Notes under the pieces: generated by a model | Database searches by the model: none | Told to the model about the DNA's origin: nothing | Seen by the model: the letters and a program-made list of their open reading frames with translations, nothing else | Source: an uncultured Chloroflexia bacterium | GTDB lineage: Bacteria > Chloroflexota > Anaerolineae > Anaerolineales > RBG-16-64-43 | Length of the DNA: 64,000 nt | Assembly (NCBI GenBank): GCA_963780865.1 | Contig: CAWADT010000016.1 | Span: 27,793-91,792, forward strand | Reading direction: 5' to 3' | Shown: piece after piece, positions 9,883 through 17,798 of the stretch | How the letters are laid out: each line of letters starts with the position of its first letter | How positions within the stretch are numbered: the first letter of the stretch is position 1 | Position numbers and translations under genes: made by a program

Positions 9883-10227
9883 ATGTCCGACTATGAAGCG
9901 TTTAACTCTTTTCCGGGCGCCGTTATCCTGTGCACCCCGGATGGAATAATTCAATATATGAACTCTACGGCTGAAGCGGACCTGGCCGAGCATGGAGGCC
10001 GGGCGCTGATCGGATCCAACGTTCTGGATTGCCATCCTGCTCCGGCGCGGGAAAAACTCGAGGCTTTGATGAGGGACCGGCAATCGAACACCTATACGTC
10101 CGAGAAGAATGGGAAGAAGAAGCTTGTCTACCAGTTCCCCCTCTATCGCGACGGCATATATTCCGCCTACGGGGAAATCTCGTTTGAAATCCCCTTTGTG
10201 ATCCCCAATTTTATCCGGACCAATTAG
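9883..10227 (+). CDS. Small PAS-domain protein
   Basis: MSDYEAFNSFPGAVILCTPDGIIQYMNSTAEADL...VLDCHP is a PAS-fold pattern. TATAAT at 9870-9875 lies only 7 nt before the ATG. An alternative TTG start exists at 9862. Confidence 0.65.
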   Translation: MSDYEAFNSFPGAVILCTPDGIIQYMNSTAEADLAEHGGRALIGSNVLDCHPAPAREKLEALMRDRQSNTYTSEKNGKKKLVYQFPLYRDGIYSAYGEISFEIPFVIPNFIRTN

Positions 10228-10327
10228 CCCCTTTCCATTGGATTTGCGCGGATTTCCCTGCGCCATCGCAATCCCAAGCAACCAAACCCTCTGCAATCCA
10301 GGGCGGCATCGCTTCCGGGGAAGAACC

Positions 10328-10472
10328 AATGAATGACCGCGCGGTAAGCCGCGCAGTATCCATGGGCGCAACCCCCAAGAACTGCGCAGCAAGCCCCGCA
10401 CTCTTCGATTAATATAGAGGAGTGCGGGGCAAATTGCGGGGTATTCATCATCCCGCGAGAGTGGGATAAATT
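10328..10472 (+). repeat. Hairpin-string repeat element, copy 1 (upstream flank of the rSAM cassette)
   Basis: AATGAATGACCGCGCGGTAAGCCGCGCAGTATC...GGTATTCATCATCCCGCGAGAGTGGGATAAATT. It is about 85-90% identical by eye to 16188-16372, in the same orientation. Confidence 0.75.
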
Positions 10473-10575
10473 GAATCCTTCGGAACCTGCCGCACGTATA
10501 TAGAAAGGAGGGAGCGGGACGGTTGCCTCCTCCCTTCCCTCGTGCTACACTTTGCCCAACGAGAGGTTGCCATGA

Positions 10576-10938
10576 ATGCTTTGCGAAGTCATCGGTTACA
10601 TTGCCGCCGCCATCCTGATCTTCTTCGGGGTGCTGTTTATCTGGGCCGCCTTCGGGGCGCAATCGCATCCCGAATATATTTGCGTCGGCGTGATCAGCGC
10701 GGCCATCGGATTCGGCCTGATCTTGCTCGCCTCGTGGAAACCGGGCGCCCCCAAACCAGCCGACAACGTCACGCTGAACATCGATCTGCCCGCCAACGTG
10801 AACCTGGATTCGCTGAAATGCAAATCCTGCGGCGGGGCGCTGACGACCGACAACATCAAGATGGTCGCCGGAGCGCCGGTGGTCACCTGCCCATACTGCC
10901 ATACCACCTACCAACTGACCGAAGAACCCAAGTGGTGA
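10576..10938 (+). CDS. Small membrane protein (2 TM) with C-terminal zinc ribbon
   Basis: 120-aa ORF with two hydrophobic helices, then KCKSCGG...TCPYCH (CxxC-x19-CxxC). It is the first gene of the cassette. Confidence 0.75.
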   Translation: MLCEVIGYIAAAILIFFGVLFIWAAFGAQSHPEYICVGVISAAIGFGLILLASWKPGAPKPADNVTLNIDLPANVNLDSLKCKSCGGALTTDNIKMVAGAPVVTCPYCHTTYQLTEEPKW

Positions 10939-10996
10939 CGGACCGACCGGTCGACCCCCGGCCTCCGAACCCGGAATCCGCACCGGAGCGCAGCGT

Positions 10997-12694
10997 ATGA
11001 AAAACAAATTCCTCTTCTCCGCCGTCCTACTGTTTGTGCTGCTGGCATTTCCGATCCGCGCCGCGGCCGCGTCCTATTCGTTCGCCCTCCCTCAGGAAGA
11101 CGTACAAGCGTATTGGAACGCCGACGGAACCCTTTCGATCGACTACACGTTCGCGTTTCAAAACGATCCCGGCGCGAGCCCGATCGACTACGTGGACGTG
11201 GGCATTCCCAATTCCAATTACGATATCTCCAAGGTCACCGCCGACGTCGACGGCTGGCCGATCACCGACATTCAAACCTCGCAGTACGTCTCGGTCGGGG
11301 TCGCGCTTGGATTGGGAGCCCGGGCTATCCCGCCCGGCACCTTAGGCACCGTCCACGCCCACATCGACCGGGTGAGCAGGGTCCTTTATCCGGACAGCAG
11401 CGATTCCAAATATGCCAGCGCGGATTTCTCCCCCACCTGGTTCGATTCCTCCCTTGTGCACGGATCGACGAACCTGAGCGTGACCTTCCATCTGCCCCCG
11501 GGAGTCGGACCCAACGACCCGCGCTATCATAGCAATCCGCAAAATTGGCCCAACGCGAATGCGCCCGCCACGGCGCTGGACAGCAATGGATTAGTGACCT
11601 ATACCTGGCAAAGCGCCGACGCCAATGGGTCTACCCAATACACCTTCGGCGCCTCCTTCCCGGCGAGCGTCGTGCCGGCATCCGCGATCGTCACTCAAAC
11701 CATCTTCGATCAACTCTCCGCGGTTTTGGCGCCGATCCTGGCGGCCGCCGCCCCCTGCCTGTGCGTGTTGGGTTTCTTCTTTTTCATCATTCTCCTGGGC
11801 GTGCTCGGCGCCTGGCAACAGAACCAGCGCAAGAAGGCTTACCTTCCGCCGACGATCGCGATCGAGGGGCACGGCATCAAACGCGGCCTGACCGCCGTCG
11901 AAGCGGCGCTGCTGGCGGAACAACCGCTGGACAGGGTGATGACGATGATCCTCTTCGGCCTGGTGAAGAAAAACGCGGCGACCGTCACCTCCAGCGATCC
12001 GCTCCAACTGAAGATTTCCGATCCCCTGCCTGCGGGGCTCTATCCGTACGAGACGGATTTCCTGGCCGCCTTCAAACCGAATGCCGCGGGTGTTCCAGCC
12101 TCGAACCAACTCGCCCTCCAGCGCAAAGGTTTGCAGGATATGACCATCAACATGCTCAAAAGCCTGCAGGAAAAGATGAAGGGGTTCTCCCGCAAGGAGA
12201 CGCTGGATTATTACAAGACGATCACCGAAAATGCCTGGCAACAGGTGGCCGCGGCGGGAACGCCGGAAGTGAAAGCCCAGGCCCTGGACGACAACCTCGA
12301 ATGGACGATGACCGACCGCGACTTCGAAACCCGCTCGCAGACCGTCTTCGGCGGCGGACCGGTGTTCGTCCCGATTTGGTGGGGGCGCTACAACCCGACC
12401 TTCGGCGGCGGAACGGCCGCGCCGATGCCGTCCCTCGGCGGGCACGGCGGCGCGATCTCGCTGCCGCATCTGCCCGGCGCGGACTTTGCCGGTTCGATCG
12501 TCGGCGGAGTGCAATCGTTCTCGAAAAACGTGATCGGCGATCTGACCGGATTTACCAGCAACATTACAAACAAAACCAATCCCATCCCGGTCGCCACTTC
12601 CTCCGGCGGCGGATGGCACGGCGGCGGTGGCGGCTGCGCTTGCGCGTGCGCGTGCGCCGGTTGCGCCTGCGCCTGCGCGGGAGGCGGACGGTAG
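10997..12694 (+). CDS. DUF2207-like single-pass membrane protein with C-terminal Gly5-(Cys-Ala)n-GGGR tail
   Basis: Signal peptide (MKNKFLFSAVLLFVLLAFPIRAAAA). The N-terminal ectodomain pattern (YSFALPQEDVQAYWNADGTLSIDYTFAF) resembles DUF2207. Central TM is APCLCVLGFFFFIILLGVLGAW. A segment of the ~290-aa C-terminal part (GLTAVEAALLAEQPLDRVMTMILFGLVKK) is reminiscent of the TIGR04222 domain. The protein ends GGGWHGGGGGCACACACAGCACACAGGGR*. Confidence 0.85.
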   Translation: MKNKFLFSAVLLFVLLAFPIRAAAASYSFALPQEDVQAYWNADGTLSIDYTFAFQNDPGASPIDYVDVGIPNSNYDISKVTADVDGWPITDIQTSQYVSVGVALGLGARAIPPGTLGTVHAHIDRVSRVLYPDSSDSKYASADFSPTWFDSSLVHGSTNLSVTFHLPPGVGPNDPRYHSNPQNWPNANAPATALDSNGLVTYTWQSADANGSTQYTFGASFPASVVPASAIVTQTIFDQLSAVLAPILAAAAPCLCVLGFFFFIILLGVLGAWQQNQRKKAYLPPTIAIEGHGIKRGLTAVEAALLAEQPLDRVMTMILFGLVKKNAATVTSSDPLQLKISDPLPAGLYPYETDFLAAFKPNAAGVPASNQLALQRKGLQDMTINMLKSLQEKMKGFSRKETLDYYKTITENAWQQVAAAGTPEVKAQALDDNLEWTMTDRDFETRSQTVFGGGPVFVPIWWGRYNPTFGGGTAAPMPSLGGHGGAISLPHLPGADFAGSIVGGVQSFSKNVIGDLTGFTSNITNKTNPIPVATSSGGGWHGGGGGCACACACAGCACACAGGGR

Positions 12695-12698
12695 CGCC

Positions 12699-14016
12699 AT
12701 GCTCCGCGAGCGTTTCTTCCGCGCCCGGATCAAACCGCCCGCCCCGGGGTTGTATCATTTCCGCCGCGAGGCCGGCGGCGGATTCTCGCGCGTCCACCTG
12801 CGGGTGGACCCGGACGGCCACGGAACACTGGTGGTCGACGCCGCGCGGATCCTGCACCTCAATCCCACCGCGGCACAAATGGCCTACCTGGCCTTGGAAG
12901 GAATCCCGTCCGACGCAGCCGCCCGCTCGATCGCCGGCGAATACCGAGATTCGCGGGCGCAGGCCCGAGGCGGATTTCCTCGGCATCGCGGCCCAGGTGG
13001 ATGCGCTCACCCGCCCCGACGGGCCCTGCCCGGTTTGCGACCTCGAATTGGACATCCGCGCGCCCTTCAGCCACACCCCCTCGGCGCCGTACCGAATGGA
13101 CCTGGCGCTTACCTATCGCTGCCAGAACGATTGCGCCCACTGCTATAACGCGCGGCCGCGATCGTTCCCCGAGCAGCCCGCCGCGGTCTGGAAACGGATG
13201 ATCGACCGCTTATGGGATCTCGGCATCCCGCACATCGTGTTTACCGGCGGCGAACCGACCCTGCGGGGCGACCTGCCCGAGCTGGTAGCCTACGCCGAAC
13301 GAAAAGGGCAGATCACCGGCCTCAACACGAACGGACGCCGGTTGCAAGACCGGACGTTCCTGCAATCCCTGGTGGACGCGGGTCTGGACCACGTGCAGAT
13401 CACGCTCGAGAGCCACGAGGAAGCCCTCCACGATTCGATCGTCGGCGCGCACGGCGCCTGGCGGCAGACGGTGGACGGGGTGCGCAACGCGCTTGACACC
13501 CGCCTCTACGTGATGACCAACACCACGCTTTTGCGAAGCAACACCCCTGCGCTTGAGGAAACTCTCGAATTTCTGGCCGCTACCGGCGTGCCGACCGTGG
13601 GGCTGAACGCGCTGATTTATTCGGGCCGGGGCGCGACGGTGGGCACCGGGCTTTCCGAAGGGGAATTGCATCCGCTGCTCGAGCTCGCGCGGGAGAAGAC
13701 CGCCCGAAACAAACAAAAGCTCATCTGGTATACGCCGACGGAATATTGCCACTTCGATCCGGTCCAGCAGGAATTGGGAGTGAAGGGCTGCACCGCGGCG
13801 ATGTACAACATGTGCGTCGAACCCGACGGCGGCGTAATCCCGTGCCAATCCTATTACCAACCGCTGGGCAACCTGCTCGCGGAGGAATGGAACAGCATTT
13901 GGAACAGCGACCTGGCGGTTTCGCTTCGCGAGCGCCGGCACGCCGCGGAGAAGTGCCGGGAGTGCGCGCTCTTCGCGGAATGCGGCGGGGGATGCCCGCT
14001 GGCTCCGCGCGGCTGA
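12699..14016 (+). CDS. Radical SAM/SPASM enzyme with N-terminal PqqD/RRE-like domain (apparent 1-nt frameshift at 12964-12966)
   Basis: The ATG at 12699 is 4 nt after the preceding stop. N-terminus is MLRERFF...LHLNPTAAQMAYLALEGIPSDAAARSIAGEYR, in the frame of ORF 12627..13148. The rest is in the frame of ORF 11545..14016. CX3CX2C (CQNDCAHC) is at 13120-13143, GGEPTL follows, and the SPASM signature CX2CX5CX3C (CRECALFAECGGGC) is at 13954-13995. Removing one C of CCC 12964-12966 joins the frames. Confidence 0.85.
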
Positions 14017-14091
14017 CCGCCCGCCTTTCTAACAAAGAATTTTCGGTTTGCCGCAGAATAGGAAATCGTAGACCATTGCAGGGAGGTAGGC

Positions 14092-15246
14092 ATGGCAGCC
14101 TTGATTAAATCCTTACGCGATCGATTGCAACCCGTCGCCGCGCTTCCGGCCGGGGTGCATCACTATCAATCCAAACCCTCTTCGCCCTCGCCCTTCCGCC
14201 TTCATCTGCGGCTGGAAACCGACGGCAGCGGCATTCTGATCGTGAACGCGTCAACCATCCTCCATCTAAACCAGACGGCCGCCGAGTACGCCTACCAATG
14301 GGTGAAGGATTTCCCGCCCGACGATGCCGCCAAAGCAATCGCCGCGCGGTACCGCGTCAGCCGCAAGCAGGCCCGGCAGGATTACCAGGATTTCATCCAA
14401 AGGGTGGAGACTATGCTTAATACACCGGACCTGGATCCGGTGATGTATCTGGATTTCGCCCGCGAGGAACCCTACTCCAAGGAACTCTCGGCGCCCTACC
14501 GGCTGGATTGCGCGCTCACCTACCGATTGCCCGAGGGGGAAAACGTTCATTATGCCCCGATCGAACGGGTCAAGAGCGAACTTTCCACCGAGGAATGGAA
14601 GACCATCCTCTCCAAGGCCTGGGAGGCCGGGATCCCGCACGCGGTCTTCACCGGCGGGGAACCAACACTGCGCGAGGATCTGCCCGCGCTTGTGGCGCAC
14701 ACGCAAGCCATCGGGCAGGTCTGCGGTTTGCTCAGCGGCAGCCTGCGCCTCGCTTCGGCCGACTACCTCAAGACCATCCTCGACAGCGGGCTGGACCACC
14801 TGATGTTCCTCTTGCAGCCGGACCGGGAGGAATCCTGGACGGCGCTCGGCAACGCCATGGCCTCCGATCTGTCCACCACCGCCCACCTTACCCTCAACCG
14901 CGCCCTGGCCCCGCGCGCCGGATCGATCCTCGAGCGGCTCGCCAAGCTGGATGTGCGCTGGCTCTCCCTGAGCGCGTCAGACCCCGAAGGCGCGCAAGCC
15001 CTGACGGTCCTGCGCAACCGGGCGGCCGAGCTCGGGCTTTCGCTGCAATGGGACCTGCCCGTTCCGTACTCCCCGGCCAATCCCATTTCGCAGGAGATCG
15101 GCACGCCTTCGGCGGGAGCGGGCAAGGCCTGGCTGTACGTCGAACCCGACGGCGATGTCCTCCCCGAGCAGGGAGTCAACCGGGTGCTGGGCAACTTCCT
15201 GCGCGATCCCTGGGCTCAGATCTGGGCCGCCGCCCGGTCGAAGTGA
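14092..15246 (+). CDS. Cysteine-less paralog of the radical SAM enzyme (pseudo-rSAM) retaining the PqqD/RRE-like N-terminus
   Basis: The 384-aa ORF aligns along its length with the preceding gene (ILHLNQTAAEYAYQWVKDFPPDDAAKAIAARYRVSRKQARQDY; FTGGEPTLREDLPALVA). The CX3CX2C position reads ALTYRLPEGENVHY, and the SPASM cysteines are absent. Only 2 Cys occur in the whole protein. Confidence 0.8.
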   Translation: MAALIKSLRDRLQPVAALPAGVHHYQSKPSSPSPFRLHLRLETDGSGILIVNASTILHLNQTAAEYAYQWVKDFPPDDAAKAIAARYRVSRKQARQDYQDFIQRVETMLNTPDLDPVMYLDFAREEPYSKELSAPYRLDCALTYRLPEGENVHYAPIERVKSELSTEEWKTILSKAWEAGIPHAVFTGGEPTLREDLPALVAHTQAIGQVCGLLSGSLRLASADYLKTILDSGLDHLMFLLQPDREESWTALGNAMASDLSTTAHLTLNRALAPRAGSILERLAKLDVRWLSLSASDPEGAQALTVLRNRAAELGLSLQWDLPVPYSPANPISQEIGTPSAGAGKAWLYVEPDGDVLPEQGVNRVLGNFLRDPWAQIWAAARSK

Positions 15247-15393
15247 ATTAGCGTTCGGCCGGCCGCGTGATGCCGCGGAGCAATCTCCGGGTTCGCGCGC
15301 CGCAAGCGGCAGGGTATTCTTCATCCCGCAAGAACCGAAAAAGCTCCGGCCGCAACCGCAGGACTCAGCTTGTGCCCCGATAAAAATCCATCC

Positions 15394-16158
15394 ATGCCCC
15401 TCTCGATCGAAGAATGGCACAATCGATTTTGCCAACAAGCCCGCTGGACCGAATCCCTGCGGGCGCATTTTTTTTCACGGATGGATTTGGGCCGCCTCGA
15501 TCGAATTCTCGAGGTGGGCTGCGGGACGGGCGCGCTAAGCGCTGCCCTCGCCCGGGACCACCCGGCGGCGAAGGTGAGCGGAGTGGATCTGGATATTCGG
15601 CGGCTGGAGTTCGCCCGGTCGCACGATCCCGCGTGCGCGTATGCCGCCGGCGACGCCCGACGGCTTCCCTTTCCCGCCCGCGCGTTCGACGCGGTTCTTT
15701 GCCATTTCCTGCTGCTGTGGATTCCATCGCCCGCGGCGGCCGTGCGCGAAATGGCGCGGGTGGTGCGCCCGGGAGGCTGGGTGATCGCGCTGGCCGAGCC
15801 GGATCATACCGCTCGGATCGATTTTCCCCTGCCGCTGGAGAGGCTGGGCGGATTGCAAACCGACGCGCTCCGCCGGCAGGGAGCCGACCCCACACTAGGC
15901 CGCCGACTGGCGGAATTATTCGCCAATTCCGGATTGAGCGTCGAGGAAACAGGCATCCTGGGAGCACAGGTTATTCCCGCGGAACCGAGCGGCGGGGATT
16001 CTGAGCTTGAATGGAGGATCCTAAAGGAGGATATCGGCCCCCGGGTTTCGGAATCCGAATGGGAGACTTTCCGCAAAGCCAATTCCGTTTCGCGTGAGCG
16101 CGGTGCACGCGTGTTGTTTGTTCCCACTTTTTATTGTTTTGGCCGGCGAAGGGATTAG
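15394..16158 (+). CDS. Class I SAM-dependent methyltransferase
   Basis: Motif I is ILEVGCGTGALS, followed by a post-I acidic residue (GVDLD) and RVVRPGGWV. The ORF track start is 15370 (TTG). I prefer the ATG at 15394. Confidence 0.8.
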   Translation: MPLSIEEWHNRFCQQARWTESLRAHFFSRMDLGRLDRILEVGCGTGALSAALARDHPAAKVSGVDLDIRRLEFARSHDPACAYAAGDARRLPFPARAFDAVLCHFLLLWIPSPAAAVREMARVVRPGGWVIALAEPDHTARIDFPLPLERLGGLQTDALRRQGADPTLGRRLAELFANSGLSVEETGILGAQVIPAEPSGGDSELEWRILKEDIGPRVSESEWETFRKANSVSRERGARVLFVPTFYCFGRRRD

Positions 16159-16187
16159 GCTCAGGCCGAGTCTTCCATCCGGGGAAA

Positions 16188-16372
16188 AATGAATGACCGC
16201 GCGGCAAGCCGCGCGGTATCGAGGCACGCAACCCCCAAGAACTGCGGGGCAAGCCCCGCATTCTTCAAGTAATAAAGAGGAGTGCGGGGCAAGCCCCGCA
16301 TTCTTCAAGTAATAAAGAGGAGTGCGGGGCAAGCTGCAGGGTATTCATCATCCCGCGAAAGCGGGATAAATT
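16188..16372 (+). repeat. Hairpin-string repeat element, copy 2 (downstream flank of the cassette), with an internal 40-bp tandem duplication
   Basis: AATGAATGACCGCGCGGCAAGCCGCGCGGTATC...(GCGGGGCAAGCCCCGCATTCTTCAAGTAATAAAGAGGAGT)x2...GGTATTCATCATCCCGCGAAAGCGGGATAAATT. It is built from GC-rich stems with 4-nt loops (CAAG/GAAA). Confidence 0.8.
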
Positions 16373-16496
16373 ACCAACGTCAAAGGCAGTGGCTATGGAT
16401 GGCAGCGCTTGGAAGAAGCGCTCCTTCCGATTCTAGGTGTGAAAAACACCCTCGTTGCAGGTTGGTCCGCCTTCTCCTACCTTTTGGCTTCCTCCC

Positions 16497-16672
16497 GGAT
16501 GGATTCCATCCCATCCAACCCCTCCCATCCTTTGGGTTGATATTCACTGTGCTGAAAATCCCTCCCCTTCCTTCCCGTGATATGGCCTGTCCTCGAGCGC
16601 CTGCCCTGAGCGAAGCGAAGGGAAGCGAGGGGAGAAGGAAGGGGAGGAGAAGGCGGGGAAGAATGGGGTGGT
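16497..16672. repeat. CCCTTCC-type palindromic (MITE-like) element
   Basis: Outer arms are CCATCCCATCCAACCCCTCC ... GGCGGGGAAGAATGGGGTGG. Inner perfect 14-nt arms are CCTCCCCTTCCTTC (16561-16574) and GAAGGAAGGGGAGG (16634-16647). Family members are listed in the findings. Confidence 0.7.
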
Positions 16673-16785
16673 TCCTGACGGGTAGCAAGCGCAACCTATT
16701 CAATGGCATAGCTTCGAAATTACGCCCATGACAGAACTTTTTCCATCTATTCACTACCCAAGGCGGTGGCTTTGCCCCTAAAAAT

Positions 16786-16833
16786 AAAAACAGCCGCGAC
16801 CGCCGGATTTTCTCCAGTGCCGCGGCTGTTTTT
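16786..16833 (-). terminator. Rho-independent terminator of the SIMPL gene
   Basis: Stem CAGCCGCG (16791-16798) pairs with CGCGGCTG (16821-16828). A T-run follows on the minus strand. Confidence 0.55.
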
Positions 16834-16844
16834 GGATCGATTAA

Positions 16845-17624
16845 TTAGTCTCCGATTTCGAAGATCACGCTGAGAGAATACGAGACCTGCCAGGTTCCCA
16901 CCTGGATGGGCACCGAGGAGCCGCCTCCCCCGCCCATTCCGGCCGCGTTGTAACCCTTGTCCACCACTGGAAATGGAACGGATGCGCCGTATTCATTGAT
17001 GGACATCACCCGGACGATTTTCACGCCCAGACCTTTGGCGATTTCATTCGCCCGGGCGATGGCATCGGCTACGGCCAGCGCGCGCGCCTGCGAGACGGCC
17101 TGGGTGGGATCGTTTAGCGAGAAGCTCACCCCACCGACCGAATTCACACCCGCCGCCTGGGCGGCGCCGAGAATGTCGCCCACCTTGGTTAAATCCCGCG
17201 CGGTGACTGTCAGCGAGTGGGTTACGAAGTAATCCGTTTCCCCGGTCGGTTTGCCGCTGACTGGATCGTATTTATCCTGTTGAGTAACAGTGAAATCGCT
17301 CTGGATATCCTCCGCCTTAACCCCCAGCCCTTCGATTGCGGCGACCGCCGCGGTGGCCTTGGCGTTGTTATCGTCCCAGGATTTCGAGATGCTCGGGTCC
17401 TGAGTGATTACGCTCAGGTAAATCGTGGCGATGTCCGGCGCCACTTTGACTATGCCCTCCCCGTTGACCGAAAGCGTGCGGAGGTTCGATTGCGTGGGCA
17501 CGACACAATTCACATTACACGGCGTGCTGGGCAAGGCAGTCGCCGCGGCGGTTCCGGAGCAGCCGGCCAGCAGCAAAAACATCACACTGGCCGCGGCTCC
17601 TAAAATGATCGATTTTCGGTTCAT
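16845..17624 (-). CDS. SIMPL/DUF541-domain lipoprotein
   Basis: Lipobox LLLAGC. LSVNGEGIVKVAPDIATIYLSV...ARALAVADAIARANEIAKGLG is the SIMPL (26-kDa periplasmic immunogenic protein-like) pattern. Confidence 0.8.
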   Translation of the reverse strand: MNRKSIILGAAASVMFLLLAGCSGTAAATALPSTPCNVNCVVPTQSNLRTLSVNGEGIVKVAPDIATIYLSVITQDPSISKSWDDNNAKATAAVAAIEGLGVKAEDIQSDFTVTQQDKYDPVSGKPTGETDYFVTHSLTVTARDLTKVGDILGAAQAAGVNSVGGVSFSLNDPTQAVSQARALAVADAIARANEIAKGLGVKIVRVMSINEYGASVPFPVVDKGYNAAGMGGGGGSSVPIQVGTWQVSYSLSVIFEIGD

Positions 17625-17798
17625 GGTTCCTCCTCATGGATTCCCGGCGGGCCCCATTCTCCACCGGTTCGATTACAGTGTATCAGACGACACCCAAAGG
17701 CAAATGGTTCCCATCTCCATCGCCAAGATCGGCTGTTCTCGTATATTTCAGCCGCGAGACAGATAACCAGAATCTGCAGTCCTTATGCCGTGATTCGC

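Noticed and set aside
11545-12690. The N-terminal ~380 codons of the 823-aa ORF 11545..14016, which overlap the DUF2207-like gene in another frame
   Set aside because: The translation is Arg/Pro/Gly-rich nonsense typical of an off-frame read of GC-rich coding DNA. Only the part after about 12968 is real, being the rSAM enzyme joined by a frameshift to the 12699 start.
16188-16372. The 40-bp duplicated GCGGGGCAAGCCCCGC...AGGAGT units as a mini-CRISPR or an attC-like integron site
   Set aside because: There are only two to three units with no unique spacers, no integrase or cas genes, and the hairpins lack the attC R''/L''-L'/R' organisation. It is better described as a REP-like hairpin string.
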